DNA of 64,000 nt, from assembly GCA_002104905.1 (NCBI GenBank), contig MCFE01000006.1, forward strand, positions 1 through 64,000. The letters are read 5' to 3'. Each line of letters starts with the position of its first letter. Position 1 is the stretch's first letter. This document shows, piece after piece, positions 37,984-50,100 of this stretch. Made by a program: the position numbers and the translations under genes. Source of the DNA: Basidiobolus meristosporus CBS 931.73. Taxonomy: Eukaryota; Fungi; Basidiobolomycota. A model generated the notes under the pieces. The model ran no database searches and was not told where the DNA came from. It saw only the letters and a program-made list of their open reading frames with translations.

Positions 37984-40900
37984 TTAGATCACTTGATTTC
38001 TTGAAGGTGTAGGGACTAGAACCTTTCTGGCATGATATATTCTATTCGCAAGATTATTTACATTGGCATCCATCTCAACCACCTGCCAAGTGAACTCCAC
38101 TCCAAACATGAGGTTGATGGCGTATACTATTTTTTTAGCATCGGCTTCTTTGAGTCCGTCGAAATCATCCTCTGGTTGCTCTGGGAAATGAATCTGGTCA
38201 AGGGCTAAGCAACGTTGAATAACTGGGAAGAGTGCACTCTGGATTTCCTGTGGGGTAGGCTCTGGGCTTGAGGTACTGGCAGTAATTTTGAAGGGCTTGG
38301 TGATGGCCAATACCGAATACTTGCCATCATGATGGTATCTGAATTCGTAAGTTCCAACCTCCCAAGGCAACTTATCCACAGAAAATACTACCTCTCCAGA
38401 AACCATGCTAGGTGCAGTCTGGTTGGTATTAATCGACTCTTCTGCACTGCTCTCTTCTTCATCATCAGCATTAGTGACGTACAGATAACGACCCTTGGAT
38501 GGGATTGAGGTAATATTGTCCGAGGCGTTGGCACCAATCTTGTACACTCCAATCCAATCCTCCTTTCCATGGTCACTTGGCGCCGACCAAGAAAGTTTGA
38601 TAGGCTCTCCGAGGGAAAAGGTAAGATCTTCTGACACCAAGGATGGCTGAATAGCCAGCGAATATTTCAAAGACTCTTTGCGCTCAAGGGCCTTTTCTGA
38701 TGTTAATCTGGCCTCGACTATCTTTACTTGCGACTGTGTGATCAAGCTTCTGGTTTCAGAGATGATTTCTTGGAGCTTTGGTTTCGCTTTGTCAACAATG
38801 CCAGCGGTTTCTTCCACCACTTTTTCGGCTACTTTCTCGAAAGACTCTGTAACTCGTTCGACAATCTTCTCGGCTGCTCTAGTATTCATGACGATCATCT
38901 GAATTTCCGGAGTTTCCTCCAGTCTCTCTCTAATTGGCTTGGGAATAAACTTGGCGGTCTTGACTGATCTGGTAAGTCCGGCCTCTTTGCGTATGGTGTT
39001 TCCGTATAATTTGCGCATATGAGGGGCTTCGACATATTGCAGGAACAAGAAGCTCGAAATATGTGAAAACAGGGCAAGTCCATAAATTATCATGCTATTA
39101 CTCATCAAGGTAATGCCCCAGAAAGCGGCATGACCAATCAGTTTCTCTGGGTTATTCAAGAATCGATAGATTCCGGTATAGCAAAGCGTGGCGGGGTATT
39201 CGTCAATAAAGAAATCTCCATAGAACCAACCGAAATCCCCCAACACTTCGAACACGGATACAGAGGCCCAGATATGCAGGGCAATCAATAGCAAACCAAA
39301 GGTATGACGAAGCAATACTGCACCATATGTCCAATCAACTGGTAAGTTGTACATCTTGATCGCGACTGCAAGGAAAGATACATAAGTCATGCTCAAAGAA
39401 AGGTTATATATGCTAGAAACAAGATGGTCAGTTCACCGACAGGAATGCAGCTCCTCAATCACGACACATACCTCTTCCAGCTCTCGAATGCATCCCTGTT
39501 AGTGCCGCCGTACTTGATGAAGTGCTTGGTCCAGAATTTTGAAGTGCTCTGGAAATGCAAAACGGCGCCTAGCACATAATTGTGGATCAAACGCCAGGCA
39601 AAGCATTGAACCACTAAAAACCAGGTAAACACCCGTTCGCCACCATTGGCCAATAATGGTACGAAGACGCCACCGTAAAGAATAATTAAGACAATAAACA
39701 GATCTGTCGAACGAAAGAGATCGAAGTTTTTGAAAACTATCAAGTCACGGCGGAAATACGAATTGTGGATGTCTCTTGCCGCATATTGGTCTAAATCGAT
39801 CCCAACAGACTTGCTAAGATCACTGTTGTTGGTGGCCTCCGCTGCTGCCCGGCTGGCGCGTTTAGGTAGACGTGGTGTTCCATATATTTTATCGATGTCT
39901 ACGACGGTAAAAGAGGTTAGATTCCAATCCAAGGTTGAATAAACAGAAACCAAAACATACGAGGGTTTTCCACAAAATGAAGAAACGCAAACTGAGCAGC
40001 ATGTGCCAGCAAACTAATGTACAAGACAGTGTAACTTGCTGACATCAATGCGGCCCCATAAAAGCCAATATAGCCTACTGAATACATTGGATGTGGGGCC
40101 ATTTCAAACACGCCGTCGAACGTTAGAGATTGCTCAATCAGGAAGAAGAAGTCGCCCCAGTCTAATGAATATTTGTAGGTTAACATCAAGAGAAATTAAT
40201 CTGTTGTCGAGAGCGGAAAAATCAATACATACACCATGCAAAGTCTTTCACAACTCGGTGAGCGTCCATCTTTACCCAGAGATTGAAGACTATCAAAAAT
40301 ACACCGACAACCCATCTTAGGATATTGAACAGAAGGCCATAGCTTTCACCGCCTTGAACGAAGGACAACGCAAAGCAGAGATAAGAAGTAAAGTCATTGA
40401 CTAGAATGAGATCTACTACTTGGCGGAAGAGGAGCCAGGTATTGAATTCTATAGGAGTAGACTTGATGGGATGCATGACTTATGTTAATAACAGCATTCA
40501 AAGAGTGATGTAACCATAGAATTTACCTCAAAATCGTAATCATCGCCCATCTTGGAAGTTAGTTCTTTCTTTAGCCAACGGTAAGCTTTTCCACCTTTCT
40601 TGGGCTCGAATATACCCTTCTTGCGGGCTAGTGATACCAATCCTCGCTTGTCACTCTGGTTTTTCAACAAGAGGCCCAATCCAAGATTATAAGCAGTGCG
40701 CCATAGAAGGAATATGACAAGGAAAAAATATTTCCGGAAACCACTGGGTAGTATAAAAAACAAAAGGGCTTGGAAACACAAAACACCCAGAGTTAAGTAA
40801 TCAAACGCCGACTTTTCGACATTAGGATCAAACAAAGTGGAAAGCATGTCTGAAGTGGCTGGGACTTTGAAAACTATATTCAAAAATGGGGGAGGAACGA

Positions 40901-41131
40901 AGTAAGTTTCATGAGATATTCTGATGCGGATTACTGATATAAGCAAGTTGTGCCAAATTGCCGTTGCGAAAGTACTGTTGAAGTACCGAAAGTTTACATA
41001 CTTTTTCCAGAAGGAGTCTTTCCATATGTGACCTCCGGTTTATTCTTGTCCTGCTCATCCTGGTCAATAGTGGCCTTGGGAGGGGCGGCCTCTGAATCTG
41101 GGGCAGACGAATTTCGTTGTTTCAAACTCAT
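37984..41131 (-). CDS. CHO2: Phosphatidylethanolamine N-methyltransferase (CHO2/PEM1), multi-exon
   Basis: [41 protein letters not shown] and [30 protein letters not shown] give the duplicated PEMT domain, plus a C-terminal beta domain ([24 protein letters not shown]). Confidence 0.93.
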
Positions 41132-42469
41132 GGCCTGGTAGTAATATGAACGTAATGCTGTTGAAGCAATTGCGTATATCAGGAAATTGTTAACCTAGAG
41201 AAATACAAAAGGAACAACGGGCTAGTGGGGTTCGCCAGGTAGATAAGGATTTTCTAGGACGGTTTCTGGAGCAAATTGAAACCAAAGAAGGAAATTCAAG
41301 TCGGATTGTGCCTATTGGAGTAACATGTGAAAGTAAATGATGCTCTGAATCCAATGCTAAGCCATGTTCAAATCAATGAACAAGGAATGTTACAGAATGA
41401 AACATTTGTTTGATCGGGAATCACTAAGTTGAGAAGGTCGCACAGAGGTACAGACTACGTGGTTGTATATTGTGCTGAAGAGCGCCCTTCAACGTAACAG
41501 AGTAAAGGTGTAATTATCTGATGGGCTGGAATAGAGTCGGCTTTTGTTTGACATGCAGTATAGAAAATTTCCCGGGAATTGCTCAGGACCTTCAAACAGA
41601 TTAAACAAGCAATACAATGTCAATAAAATGATTATCTTCAATTAGCACTCTTGATGTTACAGCTGACATATATGGCAAGCATTCCGGTAAACTCGACGTG
41701 TTAAATTAATACTAGCCAATTTTTGCCTCATGATGTTTAATCAGTGAGGATCACGTCATTTTACAACCTGACTTCATAAGTATAACATGCGAAAACGACT
41801 GGAAAGTTCCTTCACCCATGATGGTGCCAGAATGAAATATATAATCTCGACCACATTTGATTCAGAGATAGACACATAGATGGTTATTACATGATTTCTT
41901 CGCTATGTTTGAGATCGATTCAACTTAACATGAAGAATAAATTAAGCCCGCCACCTATCAGTAGCTGCCAGGTAATATCTCATATCTGGTGTGTTGGTTA
42001 CTATCACTCGTCCTACACGCCGGTCCGTGACCTCAAAAGCCATCGAATGGATGCCTTTTAGTGGACAAACCAATAGCTATTGTGCCTAACATTGCAACCC
42101 ATAGCCATCCTCTAGACTAATTTAATGCTGCATATCATACGATGTATGCTCTGTCCCGTCTACATGGCATATTTTCTAGTGTCAATCTTTACAAAAACTG
42201 ATGCGGAGACAAACACACATTTCCTTAATCCTTTGAAGTGAATTAAATTCGTCATAATTTATGAGTTTCTTCACTACATTGCTACCGACAGAAACAGAGA
42301 ATAAACCTCGCTAGATCTTTCAACCCTGGTCCATTGGGGCTTCAGCAATTAAACCTAATAAATTTACTTTTCATGTAGTTTTATTTGCAAACTAGTTCAG
42401 ACTGCTGATTGTTAATTCAAACAGACAAGCAACGGCTATACATATTGCTTGCATCAGGAGTGCAGCTAC

Positions 42470-42900
42470 TTACTGAAAATTGATCACTAGATGAACTTCG
42501 CCAACTGATTTACCACTCTTGTTTTGCAAAGTATACCATCCGTCGGCGGTGCCACGAGCAGCTAGATCACCAAGAGTAACAATGGTGCTGCCGACCTTGT
42601 CGGTATCCAGACCAGCCATCTCACGGTCCAAAAGTTCGATATGAAGCTCATTGTGGCTAGAGTCAAACTTCAAATTGAAAGATTCGTTGATAACTGGATT
42701 GGGGTCATTCTTTTTGGCACTGGTCTTCTCCTTGGAAGTGATACCATGGCCAGTGTAGAGTTTGAAAATGGGATCGATTTTGTCCAGGAGATCGTTGTTC
42801 TTTAAGTTACGGCCTTCGACTACAAAAAGGTGATATGTTAAAATGGTTCAAAGTAGGATACTGTGAGCGGCTACTTACCAACTGTTACTTGAATGGACAT
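42470..42900 (-). CDS. Small single-C2-domain protein, 123 aa, intron 42820-42878
   Basis: MSIQVTVVEGRNLKNNDLLDKIDP..NPVINESF..LHIELLDRE...DKVGS..GEVHLVINF is a C2 fold with Ca-binding Asp positions. Confidence 0.85.
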
Positions 42901-43573
42901 CTTGGGATATTAAATTGAAACTATGGAAAGCCATGGAATAGGATGGGGATTTTATAGTGTCGTCTAAGCCACCAAGCCGTCGTCAAACAACATGAGGTGT
43001 GTACGTAAACCCCTTGTAATAGTGAACACTCATTTCCCACCCAGCGTTATGGTCTTCACTACTGTATGCCCTAACTTTCATAGCGGAATAGTCTAGAATG
43101 CTCACGTCAGGTAAGACAAGAGCATACGTCAAAGTAACCCAATAAGAACAATGTCCTCACAAGCAACAGCATTTATTTTAAAGATATATTTCTTGGTATT
43201 AGTAGTGACGTTCATGTACGACATATATAGTCATCACACATTCATATTGATTGTGGCCAAGCAGCAAAATGAATTCACATCAAGTAAGAAGGATTGATGA
43301 TACTACTACATGCGATACGCCATTTTACACGCTTAAATTGGTACTCTCTCAGATGATCATTAGTGAATAGAAAGCAGAGATGATCCTGCATTATTCATGA
43401 GGAATACTAATTTTCAAGGCTTGACATGCATCTTAGAAGCCATTAAATGCAGGATCATCAAAGATGCTGAATGAATCCACGCGCTACCGTGCTTTTACAG
43501 AACCAAAAACACGCTATAAAAGCCACCGAACTTGGATTGAATTTCATAAGTTTAGACGCTCCTTCCAATCAAC

Positions 43574-44098
43574 ATGCATTTCTTACGTATCATTGCTATT
43601 TTCTCTTCCCTGGGAGTATTCCTCCAAGCCTTACCTCTACGTGACTTTAGAACGAAAGACTTGGCATCAGACAGATTTCATGATCTGGCTGAAATACGCA
43701 TCACGAAAGGTGATGGAGATGACCATAATAATGATGGAACTGGTGGTTACCTGGATTTCCAATTCAAGAATGGCCAATGCACTGATTGGGCAGACGCTCG
43801 TTACTTTGAATTGACTGGTCACCATATAGATTGGTCTGGTGATGCTTCATCCTGGCCTCGAAAGGCCAGGAAATCTACAGGTTGGGTAGTATCAGAGAGA
43901 CCTCAAGTCCCATCTATTATAGTAATTCCGCCAAGAGCTCAAGGTACAGGGAGTCCAGGACATGTTGCAATTGTAGAGGAAATAAATTCGGATGGTACCG
44001 TATATACAAGTAACTTCAATTACAATGGTGGCCCTTACAAAAAAACTTTTGCCAACTTCCATACCGATGACGGAGTATATTTCATATGGCATGAGTAG
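43574..44098 (+). CDS. Secreted CHAP-domain (Cys/His amidohydrolase-peptidase) protein, intronless, 174 aa
   Basis: Hydrophobic signal peptide; GQCTDWA (catalytic Cys), GDASSW, GHVAIVEEINSDG (catalytic His), SNFN. Confidence 0.9.
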   Translation: MHFLRIIAIFSSLGVFLQALPLRDFRTKDLASDRFHDLAEIRITKGDGDDHNNDGTGGYLDFQFKNGQCTDWADARYFELTGHHIDWSGDASSWPRKARKSTGWVVSERPQVPSIIVIPPRAQGTGSPGHVAIVEEINSDGTVYTSNFNYNGGPYKKTFANFHTDDGVYFIWHE

Positions 44099-47000
44099 TC
44101 GACAATTGACACCCATACCAGTACATCCTGGTAGCAGTTCCTATTTCATTTTTACGCATGTCTCTCAGTTAAGCAAGCAATGTCAACGCATTAGTAAATT
44201 GAATACAGTATTTTAATTGCGAATAAAGTAAGCCATTAAATCATAATTTGTTACTTAGCGCCTTTGATGTTCACATTTAAACTGATGCTAAAAATTTCTA
44301 TAAGAGGCATGGAAGTGCTTTGCTTGTGGATTAGTTACTTCAATCCTCTTCACTTGATAGGGTGCAGCTTCACCGAGTAGAATGAGGGCGAGTATGCTTG
44401 ATACATCTATATAGACTTCCAAGAGTATTGCACCTCTATGCCAATATGTTACGTTTGATGCACATGTGATATCGAGTAATACACATGGCGCTATCGCTGA
44501 TCGTCAGTCCAATGGCACTAATAATTGTTATTATAGTTTTGAGTCAGCGTTGTGCTGGTTTGTTATATCAGCAAAAGAGCACCTAGTGACTGCAATTCCA
44601 TTCAATACCAATGTAAAGTAGCTGATGTTGTTCGAGTAATTATTAGATATAAAAATCGACATGGAGGGACCAAGAAACTAATGATACTTCGAATGTTAGG
44701 AATTACTGGAAGCATCTAAAACCAACTACAAATAGTTCTAGGAGGTTTGGCAAAATCTGTTTACTTGATTTCTGCGTCGCAAATCCTGCCTCTCATATCA
44801 ATAGTAGATACCGGACGACCTGTAGGTAATAGTCTGCTAGATTGCTGGAGATTACCTGCTATATTAAACTAGGGTCAGCGTGATCATCACCAAAGGTATG
44901 AGTTGGTCAGGAGTAGGCACATAATGTTAATGTACGTATATTCAAAGTCAGAAATATTTTTAATAATACCATTTTTCTATTTAGTATAGAATTAAAGTGG
45001 GCATATCTTAAGCACTATATTTTTAGATGACTGATGACTTCAAAAGGTCTCCTCAATATTTCTTGAAATAGGCTTGCTTTTTGCATTAAAAGATCATCAC
45101 GGAGCAAATGATGGGCTTCAGTCATTTACCTAGGCTTGAAAATATAACCGAAGTTGGTTTGAGACCTCATCCGAGATAAAGAGATGTTAAGGAATTTGAT
45201 ACACATGCCGTGTATCCTAAATCGTCTTATTCGATAATGAGTATAATATTTAGTCTCGTATGAACTTGATCATTTTGTGATTTTAATTCTTGGGGTTGTT
45301 GTATATATAGAACTACTGTCAAATGAGAAAACTTGGAATATATGAACACCACTCCAAGAGTGTCCCGAAAGTGGTTCGATGATATTTATTTGTATACAAA
45401 TAACAGACGTTCTCAATTTATTAAACTGTCTTTTATTACTGTTAAACATTCAGGCTGGCATTTTGGACTTATACTTCAAGAGCATATAACTGTGCGACTA
45501 ACAGCAAACGAAAAGATATTCCAGCTTCGTTTTTCTTATCGATTTTAACAGACAAAGGTGACTGACGAACAAACTTTGGTGTTTAGCTCAAACAATGATG
45601 TACGCATATTACGAATTGAGCGACTACTGTTGACTAGTCAACTATACATTCATTGCGCAATCGAACTATTCTCATAGAGGCGATGTTGATCCTTCAAAGA
45701 AACAATCTTCATTATGCTATAATAGGTTCATGACTGCTTAAATGAGATATGTATACCAGTTGCCAGTAATCGCTTGGTGGCAGTACAACTCTTACCAATA
45801 TTTTGAGGATAGACAATTATATTGTTATAAATAGTATGTCCAACATTAAATCAGTGGATGTTTATTTTAAAAGTATGAATCTTCCAATACCAGAGTATTA
45901 GGCATGTCTCACAGTAATTTATATTTTTGAGCCGTTTAGCCAATAGCTGTGTCTACTTCACGATTGATGCAGATATGAACAGATAAATGGAGGAAATCAC
46001 AAATTAATTCGTACGATAGATCTAGTTTCAATAATTTGGAAATACCACTTACTTCAGGCTGCAACTTTCATTCAATTTTACTATTTACTTATGGGCTGTG
46101 GTACTGTTTTTCATCCATTTTGGATTAGCTTGGGAATGGAAACCCTGTGCTCATATATACAGGAGTGGGGCATGGACAGGGAATGATGATGGTATGTATG
46201 CTTTACTTTGCTGACTATCAGGACGGGATTGTTTTTTCTGCCGTCAACCCTTCATAGAATCAACAGCGCATGGATTTTGACACGAAAACATCAAATTTCA
46301 AAGCCCCACCTCACTCCTGCATTATCTCCTGGACATGAAACTTCGCATTCGTTTTAAAGTTGCCACTTGAATTGGGATTCCTTGATACTGTTAACAACCT
46401 TGAGATTATTGGTTCTACTACATTACGACCAAACCTATCGGAAACCCAAGTTTGCCACCTTTATTTTAAACTACTTTTGGATACAAGATAATATAAAACA
46501 ATGTTCATACGTGACACATCAAAATTTATCCAATATGTGAGGTGTATATTTTGCAGTAGTGATCCCTGCATATTTGATGCACAAGTCTCTGTAACAAGTA
46601 ACAATCCCCCCTATCGGGCATTTGTCTTCATCTCTAGGCATTTTGTGACTAGCAAGGCTTACTTCGATACTGTCTGAAGTATTCGACATCTGTATACTTG
46701 AATAGCAACTCAATAGATTTAATGCAAATGGCTATAAGGACATTAACACAATATCCTGTATTCCATATTTCAATATAGTCGATTCCGTGTAATAGAACAA
46801 GGTATTATAATAATTAATATAAGCTTGTAATGTTGTCTTACCTGCTCCATATTTAACCCTTTCAAGTCGGCCCTTGAGGCTTTCACTTGCATAGTAACCC
46901 TACTCTCATGAACTGTATACTCTCCTTTTAAAGGTTGATAATTTACTTGCGTTACTTGAGCAATACTATTACTTTTCTACTTGATACTTTTTCAATTCAG

Positions 47001-47175
47001 CTGCTCTTGGGTCGAAACTTTAGCCATCAACTCCATTTTTCCAAGTTGCTATAGTTTATACTAGTCCCTACTTCCAAACAACACTTCCTTATTAAAAGAA
47101 ATTTCTCCTGATTGCCCAACCAAACGCTATTCCGGAAACTGAGGGTTTCTGAACGAATTCAACTCTACCAACAAT

Positions 47176-50100
47176 ATGTTGAGTCTACACAACGAAGAAC
47201 CCAACACAGGTCGGGATGAGGCATTAGTATTTCCCTCATCTCAACCAAAGGAGACCAACGGATTAACGTTTTCGCCAACGTTTCATTGCGTCCAAGAAAA
47301 AGTGGAGCACATGTCCTTGTTGATTCGTCAGGTACATACCCAACAGCAAACTTCAGAAGATGCTGTTGTTGAAGAGATTCGAGATCTCCTATTGGAGCTT
47401 CAAGGCTGTTTACCCCAGTCAATTGAAGCAGGCTCTAAGCGTAAACCAAAAGAAGCGGTGACTTTACAGGAGCAGACATCTCCTGAGGCTTTCGAGGATT
47501 ACACTCTGGCTAGGGAGATTTTGAAACAAAGGGTGAGAAATATTCGACCGCTATTGAATGACTTTGAACAAAGTTTTGGTCTGTTAAAATCGAAAACTGC
47601 AAAGGATACCAACTTGGAGTATCCATCTGCGGCGGCGAAAATCGATGGAATCGAGAAGTCACTCGAAATCGAACGTAAGAGAGTGAACGGCCAACTTACG
47701 TCGGGCGAAAAATACTTGGGACGAGTGGAAATCCTCGAACGAGAGGTTTTGAGTAAAGTGGCGGCAATAGAATCTCAAATCATGAGTAATTCCACCTTAA
47801 TAGAGGCTGACAAGTCCTTGATTGAGGATCAATTTACGCTGTTCCACGAAAGTTTCAAGTCACTAATTCATGTGAAAGAAATTCCTGAGCCAGAGTATCC
47901 ACCACAATCTCCGAGTCTACCATCGTTACAAGAAGATGTAGAGTCGGTGGAATCTAGCCACAGGGAGGTGGAGCTCATTGAGGCTGCGCAACGTGAAGAC
48001 GAGCTCACAAATACTATCCTTGTTTTGAACCAACAATTCGAGGAAGTCCAGAAACAGCTCTTTGAAAGCCAGCAGCACGAGACATTGCTTCAGAGTAGTT
48101 TTACAACAATCCACGCTGAAAACGTACAGCTGAATCAAAAGAATGAAGAGTTGATGAGAGATATCAGTGAAATGGAGAAGAAATATGCCGAATCACTGCT
48201 GGAGGCTCAATCACTTCAGTCTAGTTTTGAAAATGAGATTTCCATTTATAATGACAAAGTGATGGAGCTTGAGGAACAACTTGGGAACACTCAGATTTGC
48301 CTGAAGGAGTACGAAAATCACGAAGCCCACTTTTATTCTATGGCTGGAGCTTGGAATGCCGAGTTCAATGATATTAGAAATGCCCTTAGTGCAGCTAGCT
48401 GCAAAGAGATGCTTCTCGATTCGTTAATCTCTACCATGTTTTCTCTTCAAACTGAAGAAATTCAAGACGAGGAAGCTGAGACCACCTCCAATGATACCGT
48501 GACCATTGAAGGCCTAAATCAGCTGTTGGAGGAATTGAAGTCCAGCTTAAAGGAATCTAAGGATAGAGAGGAGTCGTTATCACTCATTAATCATAAGATG
48601 AATACTGAGTTGGAAGATGGAAGGATTCACCTCCAGCTAGTGGTTGAACACGCGGAAACCCTAGCAGACAAACTTCAAAAAGCCAATATTGGTCAGTCGT
48701 ACATCGATTCTGTCCATGAAAAGCTAAGAGATAGAGAATCGATAATAGCCAACCTTGAAGAGCAAATCTCTAACTTCGGCGCAAAAGAAACCGAGATGAT
48801 CGATCAAGTCCGAGTTCTGTCGGCGGAAATCCAAAATCTACAACAGAAACTGTCAGATCTGAACAAAGAGCGAGAGCAAACAATTACCCGTATGGTAGAT
48901 AAGCACGAGCTTCAAGACTTGCAAGAAGAGCTTCTCAGGACCCAAGAAAAATTAGGTACTGCCGAGGCTAAGGAGCTTGAGCATAATCAAATTGTTGCTC
49001 AGCTGAATTTTGAGCTTGAAAAGACGAAGGGTGTGCTTGACAGTGCATTTAAAAAAGTGGAGTTGTTTGACGCGACCATCCGGGACCTTAGCCTACAGTT
49101 AGAGGATTCTACAGCCAACGATATGGAGAGTGCGGATATTGTTAATCTACGGTCAGAGTTAGATGAGACCGTACTGCTACTTGCCCATTCAACTGAGAGA
49201 GAAGCGGAGCTTGAAAATACTATATCACAGCTTCGATCAGAGCTTGAAAGATTGGAGAAAGAGACACTGACCATAAGGAGCATTGGACAGGAGGAGAAAT
49301 CTGACCTGGATTCGAGTGAGGTTGAAATGAATGAAGACATGATGCTAAGCACTCTGTATGAGCTTAATCAAGAGTTAAACTCAGCCAGACAAGTCCAGTT
49401 CAAATACGAGTGCACAATCAATTTACTTGAGTCGGCAATTAGGGATAAATCGTTGTTTGAGGAGAGTCAGTACTCGCGTATTTACGAGCTTCAAAGAGAG
49501 CTGGAAGGGTATGATCACAAGGAAAAAGAATACCTGAAAGCTATGTTTGACTCCAAGTCAGAGCTCGAGAAAAAGAACCAACACTTGTTGGAATACGAAA
49601 CCAAGACACGTTTGCTAGAAGCGTATATTAACGAAAGCCTAGTACTATCCGAAGAAAAGGACAGCACTATCTCACAGTTAACGGAGGAACTTGCTACTGC
49701 CGAGATAACAGAAAACGAACATCGCAAATACTTGTTTGATGTCATCGAAGAGCTCAACCAAGTAACACTAACACTAGTGGAGCAAGAGAAATCAACTTCC
49801 TTGTTCGAATCATCTGTTTACGAAAAACTATCAGAGATCAAGCAGTTGAGCAATGCTCTCCCATCTGAAGAATTCGTATATGTTTCTCGGGCCGATTTGG
49901 ACTCTGTGAAAGAACGAGTTTCTGAACTTGAATCAGCAATTGACGCCCTTCGGGATGTTGTTGATTCCAAGAACCTGGAAATCCAAAATCTTCAGAACGT
50001 GCGTCTTGACCAAAACTCTAGCTTGGAGGAGCTTAATAAGGCATTTGCAACATTCATTCGCTCCCTCAAGAAGTATAAGGTGACCATTCCCAGCGAGTGT

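Noticed and set aside
46035-46260. Possible small secreted Cys-containing peptide (..WAVVLFFIHFGLAWEWKPCAHIY..|..DCFFCRQP..) with a plausible intron
   Set aside because: No in-frame ATG after the upstream stop, and an early stop downstream; not supportable without transcripts.
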